From Strigamia acuminata (Eukaryota), in assembly GCA_949358305.1 (NCBI GenBank), contig OX442314.1:992001-1056000 (forward strand): 64,000 nt of DNA, written 5' to 3'. The notes beneath the pieces were generated by a model. That model saw only the letters and a list, made by a program, of their open reading frames with translations, had not been told where the DNA came from and did no database searches. Both the position numbers and the translations under genes were made by a program. Shown piece by piece: positions 31,001 to 45,100 of this stretch. The number at the start of each line of letters is the position of its first letter. The first letter of the stretch is position 1.

Positions 31001-33812
31001 AGTTTCATTCAAACCAGAAAAACCAGGAACTTTTACCGTAGTTGTACAAAATGGTAAAAAACCAAAAAAAGAGTACAAGCATATTAGTCCAGAATTGATT
31101 CCAGTTATCACCAAATTGTACAGTGAACCTTCTGTAGAATATGAAATCAAACCAGGCAAAGATGACACAATCGAATTTGTTCCAACTGAACCAAGTAGCA
31201 ACAGCCATCGCTATGAAGTGAAACCTGACGTTCTAGATATCATTAGAGATATTAAACAAAATCCAGATACAGAAATCAATGTTAAGCCAGGACCAAACCA
31301 CACCTTCGATATCGAAACCAAAGAACCACATAAGAGACCAAAGACTTATCCTCATGTCAACCAAGAGACATTAGACTTAATCATAGATTTGAGGAGTCAT
31401 CCAGATGTTCCGTTCACTGTTAAACCAACACCGAAAGGTAACTTTTACATCACTGTACCAAAATCAAATGTCAAAGAAGATAACGTGCAAATAACACCGG
31501 ATGTTCTGGAATTGATAAAACTGCTCCATTCTCCAAAGGATGTTAAGCTTAATATCAAACCACAAAAAGATGGAGTATTCACTGTCGTTGTCAAAGATGG
31601 TAAAAAAGAGCATAACTATCCGAATATTCCAAAAAGAGTATTGCCAGTTGTTATAAAATTGTATAAAAATCCTCACAGAAACATACAATTGAAGCCAACT
31701 AGTGACAATCAAATCTATGGTAATGTGCCCGAAGACCTGCCTAAAACTACGACAGCTGTGGTTAACAAAGATGATGTGGATTTGATCCATCACATTAAAC
31801 GACATCCGCACACAGATGTCACTATTAAGCGTGACAGAAAAAATCGACCCACGGTTGTAGTTGGTCATGGTCCAGACAGAGAGTCATATCCTCGTGTCGC
31901 TCCTAATATTGTTAACCTTGCCACTAAGTTACTCACTGAACCAAAACTTCCATTCCATATTTATACTGGTAGAGATGGAAGACATGTCCTGACTATTCCA
32001 GTTCGACCAAAAGAGTTAATAGTTCCAAATGTATCCAAGGATTTGCTTAAATTCATTGACAAACATCGCTCTCATCCAAATCTTGAAGTGGTCGTGACCA
32101 GTTCTGAGATTCCAGACCACTATGACGTAATATTCCAAGAGCAAAACAAACCAATTAAACATTTTAAACATCTAGAACCCAAGATTGTTCAATTAGTCGT
32201 GGAATTGTTTAATGCACCAAGCACGGAGTATAGCGTCCAACCACAACCTAATGGAAAGTTAACAGTCAGACCATCCAGAGATGACGTACCAACATTTGAT
32301 GTGCCAATTACTCCAAAAGATCTATTGTTGATTAGGGACTTCAGAAACCCAAAACTCAACTCTGTCATTGTTTCACCAGGTAGCAAACCAAACACCTACA
32401 AGGTTTTGTTTGATGACTTTTATGACCGCTCAAATCCACTCTCTGAGGACAATGCCGAACCCTTATTCCTTAACTTTCTTGTCCGCTTGTACACTGAACC
32501 AAGTCTTCCATTAAAGTCGGCCGTTGACGAAGATGGACATTTAATTGTAACTGCACCGAAAAGAGTTTCTCACAACATTTTACACGATGTAAGCCCAGAA
32601 GTATTAAACTTTCTGACCAAGCACAAACCAACTCCCAAGGATACATTTTCCATTGTGTTGGATAAGAAAAAGCCGCATTCGACAAAGCCTGATTCTTACA
32701 CCTTTGATCTCAATGGCAAAAAGTTTCCTCATCAGTCGCCTACCACTGTTCAATTAGCAACTATCCTGCTTTCTCAGCCTAAGTTACATACAAGAATTTT
32801 GAATGAAAGGGATGGCAAAGCTACCGTAGAAATTACTGCACACCGACCAAATCTGGTTTTCAGAAATGTGCATCCAGCCTTCTTGAAGACTTCACAGATA
32901 GCAAGGCATAGTCCCAATGTGGAACTTTCGATTACTCGAAACCCAGATAATGAAATCAATCTTGTAATTTCAAATGGACCGAATAAGCTAATAATTGAAA
33001 ATCTTTCACCTATTATTACTCAGCTGTTTGTGGCTATGTTCAGTAGACCGGAATTCCCGTATAACTTTTACATAGATGAGGACAATTCTGTGACTATGGT
33101 TATCAGGAAAGATAGCTTGCATCCAGTTTTCTCTCACATTAAGCCTGAATTTTTTGATTTCGTCAAAAAAGTGCGAATTTCCAAGCTTTTTAACATTGTG
33201 ATAAAGCATGATGAAGGTGCTTACGAAGTGGAAGTAATAACTCACAATGACAAGCCAAGAACTTTCCAACTGACACCTGAAGAACTTCAATTGCTCGTTC
33301 TCTTTGCTACTTATCGAGATTTGACTTTCAAAGAAAACAAGGAAAAAGATGGAACAACCCTGGAAATTCCTGTTGTCATTCAAGCCAGCTCTACCGTACT
33401 GGATTTTGCTAAACTTTGTGCTGCTACAAAAGTCCATTCGTTCCCAGAATACAAAGAAACGGATGTCGAAGAACCAACTGAAGAACCGAGTGACGAACCC
33501 GAGTATCGACTGAGACCTGAGCTAGTTTTTGAACCAAAAATTGTTTTGAGACCAGAGTACCGAAGGAGACCTGATTACAGACGTCAATTTGACAGCATTA
33601 CAAGAGATTATAATAATGCCAAAAGAAATTATGCCAAACATCCTGGAAGACTGGAAGTTGGACATTTTGAACGGCCACGACATCACACCCGCAGACACCA
33701 TCGTCCCCAAGGACACGAACTGTATTACAAATTCAAGAAGGAAGGTGCCTACGACACTTGCAAATGTAACGAAGCTCATAGAAGTACCTCTCAAAGATTC
33801 AGAGAATTTTAA
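28020..33812 (+). CDS. Distal open frame of the host secreted repeat protein (many ~70-aa repeats plus a His-rich spacer)
   Basis: 1930-codon ORF homologous to, and in frame with, ORF 352-1107. Confidence 0.85.
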   Translation: MQYKVSPAANGEFTVTVVDQPDDLNTGTIGKGIEYYIVKPQFVELIRQVRKSTKAVKIKYQPEDDGLLTVTLTTDKGTKTYKKIPRDILSLFVKLLKNPTLQITEVGKEGSNVKIAVSPEPPKPSNIITVKPEFLEVVKKIRKGGYSIQIATSGDTYTITVTDDSNGKKKIYSDVPAKIGDAFIRLVKNPSLPYEILGKSGDKSYLFIPDNSAAQTTFTVKPLFLTLLKQVRKHPENRIQIQPGTDGKYELTIHEGTKGSKTYKHIDPNLLFVFVKLIKNPDLQFKLSPAANGQFTITLEEQPDDLNVGTVDSDKFLEFITKAKSDPSYNLRIGTGKNGLELVITHNGKTKKYPLPAKFLNIIFQFLKSQKIPKTVKHNGQTTFILSDEETQTPIEVDVEFTDLVEEIKKNPTSNFKFKVEPSKNGKFNIIVFIDGKPKELKDQSPEAIKFLIKVTKNPKMPIHVTKEKPKHKEPAQDQTTFIVSNDETNTSIEVDIEFTDLIEEIKKNPKSNIKYKVEPSKNGKSNIIVYINGKPNKLKDQSSEAIKFLIKVTKNPKLPIHIVKEEPKHDEPTFVVTDEETNTPITVDLEFTDLIEQIKKNPKSNIKYKVEPSKNGKSNIIVFINGKPKKLKDQSPEAIKFLIKVTKNPKLPIHIVKEKPGRKEPHHEKPGQKEPHHEKPGQKEPHHEKPGQKEPHHEKPGQKEPHHEKPEHKEPHHEKPGQKEPHHEKPGQKEPHHEKPGQKEPHHEKPGQKEPHHKKPEHKEPHRKEHKPKDVIHVISPGKTSTDPIIAIPKNQLALVQTIKSAPQLSISIAPDGPNFKITVSDGQDTKTYPDITSELLNKLITIRNQKDLPFEITPSDDPKKVNINVPNKKKPDVENIDINIDYLKPLEIVRHQPDTEIEIEPDNEGTFTVTIKPKDGSKPHTLKHVHPNVLNLISKLKTTPHVQFRVKSDKRGKIQLVVPKHQSQPVHTKLTPEIIDLLKNIKQKPQLKVSFKPEKPGTFTVVVQNGKKPKKEYKHISPELIPVITKLYSEPSVEYEIKPGKDDTIEFVPTEPSSNSHRYEVKPDVLDIIRDIKQNPDTEINVKPGPNHTFDIETKEPHKRPKTYPHVNQETLDLIIDLRSHPDVPFTVKPTPKGNFYITVPKSNVKEDNVQITPDVLELIKLLHSPKDVKLNIKPQKDGVFTVVVKDGKKEHNYPNIPKRVLPVVIKLYKNPHRNIQLKPTSDNQIYGNVPEDLPKTTTAVVNKDDVDLIHHIKRHPHTDVTIKRDRKNRPTVVVGHGPDRESYPRVAPNIVNLATKLLTEPKLPFHIYTGRDGRHVLTIPVRPKELIVPNVSKDLLKFIDKHRSHPNLEVVVTSSEIPDHYDVIFQEQNKPIKHFKHLEPKIVQLVVELFNAPSTEYSVQPQPNGKLTVRPSRDDVPTFDVPITPKDLLLIRDFRNPKLNSVIVSPGSKPNTYKVLFDDFYDRSNPLSEDNAEPLFLNFLVRLYTEPSLPLKSAVDEDGHLIVTAPKRVSHNILHDVSPEVLNFLTKHKPTPKDTFSIVLDKKKPHSTKPDSYTFDLNGKKFPHQSPTTVQLATILLSQPKLHTRILNERDGKATVEITAHRPNLVFRNVHPAFLKTSQIARHSPNVELSITRNPDNEINLVISNGPNKLIIENLSPIITQLFVAMFSRPEFPYNFYIDEDNSVTMVIRKDSLHPVFSHIKPEFFDFVKKVRISKLFNIVIKHDEGAYEVEVITHNDKPRTFQLTPEELQLLVLFATYRDLTFKENKEKDGTTLEIPVVIQASSTVLDFAKLCAATKVHSFPEYKETDVEEPTEEPSDEPEYRLRPELVFEPKIVLRPEYRRRPDYRRQFDSITRDYNNAKRNYAKHPGRLEVGHFERPRHHTRRHHRPQGHELYYKFKKEGAYDTCKCNEAHRSTSQRFREF
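29994..30320 (+). repeat. 30-bp coding tandem repeat (EKPGQKEPHH, ~11 copies)
   Basis: Unit GAAAAACCTGGACAAAAAGAACCTCACCAT. Confidence 0.95.
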
Positions 33813-35349
33813 TTGCAATGTTTTAAAGAATCTGTACATCCCTCAGACTGAAATAAAGTAGTTTATAGAAGCATAGCCATTGATCATCTTTCTTGTCTTT
33901 AAATAATTTCATCTTTTTAGTTTTTACAGGTCCAACGTGGATTTTATTGAATGACATATTCTTACAATAAAGATCCTGAGGAGTTCAATTCGATAAAATA
34001 AAATTAAAGAGAAAAGAGGCCTCCGATTACGTTAGAGCACTCTACCAAGATATGTTCTGGCAAACAGAATGAGTAAATTCTCTGGGCATATAGTTTACAC
34101 TGTCAAATAGGTTCGCTCCAATTAAGGAATTCTTAGGACGCTTTTTGTTATTGTCATTCTGCAATTGCATTCTCTTCACATTGATCTCCTTTGTCAAGGA
34201 TTAGTATCTAGTGTATCTTTGTAGAAGTTTAAAGCCCATTAAAGTGATGTTAGTTGTTGTGTTTTGCACAAGTTTGAACGCATTTTATTTTTTTCTTAAT
34301 TTCTTTATGGTGCGGGACTTGCTAAGTTAAATAAAACACTTGAGCGGCAAAAAACTTAAAATTTGTTCGTCACTGTTCCTTACATTTTGAAAACCTTGTG
34401 ATTAATCATTTTACTCAAATAATAATATTCGAATTAACATAAAACTTCACTGTGTCCGTCGTGAAATAACAGATGGCTGAGTTCCAACCCTACGGTACAT
34501 AATCAAATCAACTTGGCTAAGCATCTATACCAACTCAATGCATAAACGGAAAAGAAATTGTGCCTTTCCATCAAATCCACTATGCTTCGTCCATTTTCTA
34601 CTTCTCAAGTAATAGACCCACAAGGCTTTATTCCGTCACGCATTCTGTTGGAGGATTTGCTACGATTTACATTGAAACGTCCAATGTTTATAAATTTAAA
34701 AACATCATGTTTCCTGGGACACCCCATATACAAAGTTCGGGGCTTGGGCAGTTGGACATTCATTACAGATGTTGGAATATCCCGATGATGACAGGTGTCG
34801 TGCGTTTTTCAGAGAATTCTGGACGAATGCGTATTCCGAGTCTAGAAATTATTTTTGGATCTGTCCTTGTATTACAGGAAGTGTACTAGTCGATTAACAG
34901 TAATAAACTGATAAGGTGTTTATTTGTTCACAAGATCAAAGTGCGTGCGCCGCCAGGTATACAAGCTGACAGTGCCGACTGCTAACAATACACGTAAACA
35001 CTACACCAATTTAGCAAATTTGACAAACTTTAAACGTGATAGGAATGCATTTAATCGTGCATGGCCGGAAAATTCGAAAATCTAAAGATAAAAGGCCGTT
35101 TCCATAGAAACTAAGGCATAGTGACACTATAATCCAATCACGATACAAGGAACTTCCGTCACAAATTCACTAAAATTTACTAAAAAACACTTTGGTGTTT
35201 ATTTTCAGATAAAATGACAATTTTTATTTTAATAAAACCAAACTAAACCAACACAAAACATTCATTTACACGGACTATGGAAATTTTTAATTGAAACACC
35301 AATTGAAGTAGGTTATTACTTCTATGTAATTACAAATACCGTAGCCGAG

Positions 35350-35680
35350 TGACAAAATGTATTTTGAAATGACAAAATGTACTTTGAAATAAAGAAAAAT
35401 GGCAAAATATATTTTGAAATGAAGAAAAATCTGAAAAATGGCAAAATATATTTTGAAATGAAGAAAAATCTGAAAAATGGCAAAATATATTTTGAAATGA
35501 AGAAAAATCTGAAAAATGGCAAAATATATTTTGAAATGAAGAAAAATGGCAAAATATATTTTGAAATGAAGAAAAATCTGAAAAATGGCAAAATATATTT
35601 TGAAATGAAGAAAAATGGCAAAATATATTTTGAAATGAAGAAAAATGGCAAAATATATTTTGAAATGAATAAAAATGCAA
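35350..35680 (+). repeat. 27/36-bp AT-rich minisatellite
   Basis: Unit AAAATGGCAAAATATATTTTGAAATGAAG(AAAAATCTG). Confidence 0.9.
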
Positions 35681-36009
35681 AACTGAAGAGAAGTGGCAAT
35701 ATGTAATTCAGATCAAGACAAATGAAAAAAATAATTAACAAAAAGAGAAAAATAAGAAAATCTTTTTTTAAAAATGATTAAACACAAAATGTAACTTTAA
35801 AAAACATAAAAACGTTATAACTTGGAATAAACAAAAAATAATTAATTTTGTTTAATGGGCTTGAACAATTTTCTAGATTTGCACGCACTGTCGACTATTT
35901 CAGTCACAAATGTAAGTTTTCTAAAGTATTTTATATAGGTTTTCAATGTTTTCCGCACGTTTTAAACGTGGATACAAGCGAGAACAATATTACAATTTAA
36001 CAGATCTAT

Positions 36010-36252
36010 GTTGGCTTTTTAAATTTCTATTTCGATTGCTAGAATAATCACAGAAATGGCACGTGAATGGTTTTTTTTCCTGTGTGGGTTAATAGATGAC
36101 TTTATAAATTCCCATTTTGACTCGAACAATAATCACACAAATGGCACTTGAATGGTTTTTCTCCTGAATGAGTTAATAGATGTATTTTTAAACTCCCACT
36201 TTGATTGCAAGAATAATCACACAAATGGCACTTGAATGGTTTTTCTCCTAAT
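36010..36252 (-). pseudogene. C2H2 zinc-finger array fragment
   Basis: GEKPFKCHLCDYSCNQSGSLKIHLLTHSGEKPFKCHLCDY, interrupted by a stop codon. Confidence 0.75.
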
Positions 36253-37039
36253 AAACATGCATCGACTCGAGGAAGAAGAAAAAAGTGCGATACACCAAAA
36301 TACAATAAGAATCTTATTGTATTTTGGTTTCTTCTAGGCAACTTGGTGGAGCGTAACAACATCCGGGCATTCAATTCGTTGTTTAGTTCAAATATTGTCA
36401 CTGGTCGGCGCTAATATGCACTTGTTGGTCTACTTGAGCAAAGCATACCAGTTGCAATGTGATATCTTTTTTTTTTGTGTTGCTTAATTTAATTTTTTTA
36501 GCATAGGATTTTGAAATAAAATAAAATTTATTTCAATTATTTTTTGCAATCGACTGGATTCCTGTCCACAAGGAATTCATCAGTCACTCAATCGGAAAAA
36601 AACTGGAATTTAATTTTCCTAACGGAAATATGGCGGAGCTTTTCGTTCTTGTCCACTGGTTGACCGGTTGCGACCGGTCTCCGTCTACCGCAGCGGTCCA
36701 TCTGCCGACGAAATTCAACTTTATATACACAGACAAATCAAACAACGGCGCAGTTCAGCGCGTGCAATTTCAAATTCATCTCATCGAACCATGCACGTTT
36801 TTTATTTTCGAATGTCGGACATAAAGAGATAAGAACCTTTCGGGTTCTTTTTCCAAAAAAAGGATGACAGCGGTTTTAATGATTTAATTTGATATCAGCA
36901 AATTGATTCAGGTATTTCTGAGGAATTAATTAAACTTCGGTATAATTCCCCAAATCTTTTCACAGCGTTGAGCCGTTATGAGTACCAATAAGTAACTGGC
37001 CCTTCGATTTCTAAATTTAATAAAGGAAATCCATCAAGA

Positions 37040-37650
37040 AAGTTGAATTTTTAAATCCCGCCAGAGCAACGGCGATGAACAACGACTGCGACGACAATGA
37101 GGATCGTCCGGACATTCCCGGCACGATCGCCGTTGCGCCCGCGCCAGATGCTGAAATCGACATTACACAAGTATTTCACCCTAAATTAATCCTAAATATC
37201 AAACAAAATAATTAAAAGGTATTTAATTTACATATAGGAAGTAGCTTCGTGAACTGTATTCGGATTTCGTAGTAGATCCGAATGAGAGCGCGAATGCCAA
37301 CAGGAGGCCATCATCGTGGATGTGCAACGGCGCTTCTCTGGGTTTCTTTAGCCGTTTGGCGATCTAACCATCGATTGCGATGTTTCTTCTGTTGGAATTC
37401 GGAGCCGGGTAGAGCGCACGAAGATCGTTAACGATATTAGTCACTTCCTACGTACAAGTTAAACTCATTTTTATTATTTTGTTTGACAGTTGGGATTAAT
37501 TTACGACGAAATACTTCCGTGATGTCGATTTCAGCATCGGGCGCTCCGGCGATCATGCCGGGAATGTTCGGACGAGGCCGATTCGGAATGTTGCTGTTCA
37601 TCGTCGTTGCTATAGCGGGATTTTAAAATTTCAACTTTCTTCATCGATTT
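37040..37650. pseudogene. Two degenerate, oppositely oriented copies of the RNF216-like 5' exons
   Basis: 37040-37230 (+) and 37300-37650 (-) resemble exon 1, intron 1 and exon 2 of the gene at 42188-45732. Confidence 0.65.
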
Positions 37651-38019
37651 TCAAGATTAAATGAAGAAATCAGTGCGCCAGTTACTTATTGATATTCATA
37701 ACTGCTCAACTCTGCACAGTTTAATCTCTTTAAATTAAATGATTAATTAATTAATTAATTAAGGAATTCATTAATTCATTAATTAAATTAATAAAAGATT
37801 TTAAATTAATAAATCAATAAAATATCTAATTAAATAAATGATGTACCACTATTTTAAATAAATAAATATAGATTGTGAATTCTTTGAAAAGAAAGTTGAT
37901 CAGATGATATTATTGTGCAATGCAGTGCAGCCTTGACGGCGGGGCTTTGAGTGCTTCGTGTCGGGAAGCAGTTGTGCAATTTGCTTAAATTCCCAGACAG
38001 CTGCAGTCGCCTGGCAACC

Positions 38020-39717
<1,698 letters not shown>

Positions 39718-39988
39718 AACTCCATATCTTGTCAACTGAATTTGATTTCTGCGCATCTTCACATTACATCATTAGACGTGTGACAACGATAACATGTCGG
39801 GTGAAAATACACCGTTTGTCAACAAAAATTGAAGAATTCAGATAAAATATCTCAATTTTACAAATAAATATTCTAAAGTAATGAGAAAAAAACTATAGCT
39901 TAATTAACAAATGAAATAATAATTATAATAAATAATACCGGTAACTACAATTTTTAAAAAAAATATTTTTAAGCATAGCATCGTCTTT

Positions 39989-40509
39989 TCAATCTGAATA
40001 AGGAAAGAATAAATAAGAAAAAATAATAAAAAATAATAAATTTTTTGCCATTTTCTTCTTCTCCAGCCTCCGTTTCAACGTTTCCGCGGCTTTTCTCTTC
40101 TCCTGGTGTAATTCACGCTGCACGCGCTTCAACTCCTTTTCCAATCTCTCGTTTTCCTTCTTCATTTTATCGCCGCGAGATGGACCTCTATCTCTCTCTC
40201 CGGTCCCGTTACTTTTGAACGTGAACAACAATTCCCGGCTCGCTGTTTTCTCGCCTAAACAGACCGTGTCGCCATTTTTCAGTCGCGTGGCTCCGCGCGC
40301 CTCCAATTTCACCTCATTGACATAAATTCCAGTTCTACTCTGTCGATTGTTAAAAAACAATCATGAAATGATCAACACCTCACATTCTATCGTACATTAT
40401 TATCCGCCACGTGCCACGCATCCTTCCGTCTGGTAAATATTGCATGAATCCGTGATACACATGGCGAATAGATGGTGAAATCGGCGTCGACGGCCCAACC
40501 AATGGTAAA
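39989..40509 (-). pseudogene. FHA-domain gene fragment with a short coiled coil
   Basis: Spliced reading FTIGWAVDADFTI..CVSRIHAIF..WHVADNN|SRTGIYVN..LKNGDTVCLG. The conserved GR and NG motifs are altered. Confidence 0.65.
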
Positions 40510-42187
40510 CTGAGATGCAAACAACTCGATTAAATTCATTAAAACTCAATAAACAACTAATTTATTTACCAAATCCTTATTTAGGGCGATTATTCTATCG
40601 ACTACGTGTGTGGGAGTACCTGGGCGAGTGCTTTTCTTGTACGAAACTAAAAGTGCTCCCAATTCTATTTCCGGATTCATTTTCTAATTCAGCTCTACCT
40701 CGATTAACGTGTTGTAAAACCACCAGTGTAGAACTTCGACGTCGCTTCGTATCATGCGCCTTTTACGGAAGACAGAAGAAACTATAGCAATCGCACAACC
40801 AATCACAACCGAGCAAACAATAAACACACGTGCCACTTTACAATTTCGAATCGTATGCCAACAAAAAATTGAAGAATTCTGATAAATACTTCAAAATAAT
40901 CTCAATTTTACAAATGAATATTCTAAACTAAAGAGAAATAAAACTATAGTTTATTTAACAAATGAAATAATAATTATAATAAAAAATAACTACATTTTTT
41001 TTTTCAATTTGACTAACACTATATGGAGGTCAAAATAAAAATCATTTTGGACTCCAACAATCACTTTAAATGCCAAAACAGAGCATTGACTAAAAATATG
41101 TTTTTAAATGCAGAAGTGTATACGGTAAATTGCTTTTTAGTGTCACCTAAAAGTTAGAAAAATGTGCCCAAATGCAAAATAAAGCAAAGAAATGCAGAAC
41201 TCATGATGGTGAATGAAAGGCGTTAATTTTATGTTAAAGTTAGTCCAAAAACAAATGTTTTTTCAGTACTTTGTTAATTTTAAGAGGGAATTAAATATTT
41301 GTAAACACAAGCATCGTCTTTTGTCTTTTCCATCTGAATAAGAATCAAAAGAGTGATCTTCTTCTTCATCTTCGAGTTCACGAAGAGTTTTCTTGGTCAT
41401 AAAATTGTTGCCCAAAAGAAAATCGTAGAACAGCAACTTCCGTGTTCAGAATGACGAGGTCCAGGACGTTTCTGCACGCTTTGCTTGGGTTTGTTGCTCA
41501 TTCTCTTCTAAAGTAATCGCCGATGACAAGTTTTCAATTCGCTGGACTCAATTATTGAGTCTAAAACTCGCGATGGAGTTTCACTCGTGATGTCCGTTCG
41601 ACGAACCGGAAATTGCTACTTTTCCCTTTTCCATTCGTTGATGCAGTGCGATCAGAACGAATGCGAACGATTCAACACGACAGCTTGAAACGTAAATATT
41701 AAAATTAAATATTAAAAATCAAAACCAAAAATGAAAATTACCTTGATTATCATTTCCGAAATTCCGAAATTTTGTCAGAAGGGTTAATGTCACTGCAAAT
41801 CCTCCAATAGAATGCGGGTGTGTTGTAGTTTTAAAATCCAGATTTTTTCCTCTTCCTAATAATAGAGACCCGCGCATTCTGGAAGGATTTTGCGTGAAAC
41901 CTGCGCATTTGCGAAACATCCCGTATTTTATTATTCCTTGTGTGATGCAGAGAAGTTTCAAGGGGACGTTTTCAATTTTTAATTTAAAATAATTTTAGTT
42001 TCGTAATCTTGTGAATTTTATAAAGATAGAAAAACAAATAAAATAAGAAAATGATTTTCTTTATATCTGTACAAGTATACACGAAGACCAATGAATTTCA
42101 AAGAACAATAACAAATAATAATAAATTATTGCTTTTTGTTCAATTCCCGTCCGCGACCACGACGTCCTTTGGTCGCAGGGAGAAAAA

Positions 42188-45100
42188 TTAATAACGACGA
42201 GCACGACGACGACCTCGCCTCGGCGCAGGTTGTACAAGAGGATCGGGGGCTGGCGCAGGTTGTCCAAAAACATTGGGAATTGGCGCAGGTTGTCCAAAAA
42301 CGTTGGGAATTAGCGCAGGTTGTACAAAAACGTTGGGAATTGGCGCAGGTTGTACAAAAACGTTGGGAATTGGCGCAGGTTGTCCAAAAACGTTGGGAAT
42401 TGGCGCAGGTTGTACAAAAACATTGGGAATTGGCGCAGGTAGTCCAAAAAAATTTGAGATTTGCGCAAGTTGTCCAAAAACATTGGCAATTGGCGCAGGT
42501 TGTACAAAACGATTGGGGATTGGCGCAGGTTGTGCAAAAACATTGGGAATTGGCGCAGGTTGTACAAAACGATTGGGAATCGGCGCAGGTAGTCCAAAAA
42601 AATTGAGGTTTGGCGCAGGCTGTCCAAAAACATTGGGAATTGGCGCAGGTTGTACAAAACGATTGGGGATTGGCGCAGGTTGTGCAAAAACATTGGGAAT
42701 TGGCGCAGGTTGTACAAAACGATTGGGAATCGGCGCAGGTAGTCCAAAAAAATTGGGGTTTGGCGCAGGTTGTCCAAAAACATTGGGAATTGGCGCAGGT
42801 TGTCCAAAACCATTGGGGTCTGGCGGAGGTACCACCGGCGGGGGCCTCGGTGCAGTTCGCCAAAAATTAAAGGGCCAAGGCAAGTTGAATGGCAGTTGAG
42901 CCTGCGCACGCGGCTGCTGGTTGGGGAAGATGTAGCGGTTGGCGTTATTGTTGGCGGCTATCCGTTGGGGCTCCTGGAAGACGATCTGTCCGTGCTCGTT
43001 AAGCCTGGGCATGGCGCCCAGTGCATACTGCTGCTGCTCCCTCTGCACTGCCGCAAACGGCGTTTGGGCCGGGTCGTGCCTCAGCTCCAACGCCCGCGCT
43101 TCCGGGTGGGTCTCTCGGTAGTCTTGCTTCGCCTTCCTGGCGCCCTCCTGCACTTCCAGCCGGTGCATGTCATCGTCGTTCGAGAATAAAGGACACCTGA
43201 CAAGTGCGTTGAAATGAAATTAATTAACTTTTGCGACTCATCAATCATTAACTCACCTTCCCTTCTCGAAATGCTTGTAGTCCTTGATGGTCTCGCGACA
43301 AACGTAGCAGAAGATTTGGCCGCACGTGCACGTCATCCTGTTGCAGCCGAGTTCTTTGATGATGGGCCGCTTGCATTTGGGACACGTGCGCACCAACGCG
43401 TCCGTCATCTGGTCCTCGACGTACGTGCGGAACTGCACTTCGGGTTTCTGCTCGATCTCGTCGCAATGCAGCGGAAGATGGTTCAGTTCCTTGCACAACC
43501 TTCGTTTACAAACTAAATTAGCATTTCATTTATTCCGTTTTTCTGCTTTGTCACCTGCATGTTACTTTGAGACATTCGGGGTTGAGGCATCGAAAGATCT
43601 TGAGGTCCGCGTCCGGAATGATGGCGCAGAACGAGCAGTGAGGACACGACTCGAGATCCGGGATGTCTGCGCGCCGGATCTCCTCCTCCTGCATCTTGCG
43701 CACAAGGTTTGAAAACACATTGGACGGTAACACATCCTGCAGCACGATGGGCGGAAACTGGCGTTCACAGTACGGGTCGAGGCAGGGGAAGTGGTAATTG
43801 CCTTGGCCGATGTGCATCTCGGCGTGTCGCCGGATGCACGATCTGCAGAACAAGTGCCCGTCCGTGCACTGCAGCATGTCCTTCATAAGCACTTCGTCCT
43901 CGAAGCAGCAACTGCACTCCATCAGTTCGTCGTTTGCCTTCGCCACTTCGATTTTACTCAGTCGTTCCGCCTCCTTGTCCTTCTTGTATTCTAGAAAAGG
44001 AATGACATGAATTTACACAACACGATTTTTACTTTTTAAACTGTACGAATGATCCTGTCTTCCATCTCGATGAACAACTTCTCTTTGTAGAAGAGTTCGT
44101 CGATTTGTTGCGGCATCACTTTCAGGGGGCTCATCACCTTCTTTTTCCTCAGTGTTTCCCTCCTTCTCTTGATTAACGGTTCTGTAATTAATCTAATTAG
44201 TTGATTATTTTGTGACCGTTTGGTCACCCAAAAGTACGAAGCGTCACTGACACACACTGCCCAATGGCCCCGAGGTAAGCCCGGTATCTTGATGCTAAAT
44301 TCCTACTGCGCATCCCATTCCAGTTGTTATTTAGTAGCATTAAGCCTAATATTAGACCTAATAATGCTAAAATAAAGTAAATAAAACAACAATAAACTCA
44401 TCATTAAAAGTAATTCTTGACCAAAATATTGGGCAGTTAAAAGGGGGATCTCCAACCACTAGACAGCGGATTAAAGGTCACCAAACCCAACAATCTGATC
44501 TCTTTCATGATGGGCGTGAGGTGGAAACGGTGTTTCTCCATCACTTGCGTCAAATCGTTTTTGTACGCGTATCGAAACTGGTTACTGACGTAGCATTGAA
44601 TGTGCAACCGGTATGACGCACTGACGACTCGGTCGTTGTTTTTGAAGTAGTTCTCCGGGTCTGGGAATATCTCCAGGAATTCCTCAACGCTGAACTTGCT
44701 GCAAAAGAAATTCAGTGCAAAATGATAACAAAAATCAATACAAACAACGACAAATCATGAAAAATAACATTAAAAACGGTTTCTTCGTAGAAACACCATA
44801 AAAACGAAATAAAATGGACAAAATAAGTAGAAAACCTTTCGACAAACTTCCGCTTGACCGCCGCCTTTTGAGCTTCGGCCAACCTGGGATACGAACGACT
44901 TTCCAACCAGCCGTAAACCGTCGCGTTTATGTAATTCAGATCGTTCTTCCATCTCTCCATAAACGTTCGCAGGTATTCCGGATCAGCGTCCGGAAAGAGC
45001 TCCAAAATCGCGTTCACTTTCTCCATCGTCGCTGACACATTGTTGTTCTCTTCGCTTGAAGTGGACGCGATTGCTTCCGGCCCGTTATTCCCAGCTTTCG

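Larger units (their letters stand above)
197..33812 (+). pseudogene. Host gene for a ~2297-aa secreted Lys/His-rich repeat protein, disrupted by the Polinton and a nonsense codon
   Basis: Exon 1 is 197-257, followed by a GT-AG intron 258-373; the spliced N-terminus MKMFLQRERHTWLFVVLQLSVIGLISS looks like a signal peptide. The exon 2 frame runs 374-1089, resumes in frame at 27696 after the TSD (KETYAD|LPANTGEAFIRL; a paralogous repeat reads KKIYSDVPAKIGDAFIRL) and joins ORF 28020-33812. There is one in-frame TGA at 27867-27869, where the paralogous repeat has CGA. AATAAA is at 33852. Confidence 0.85.
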
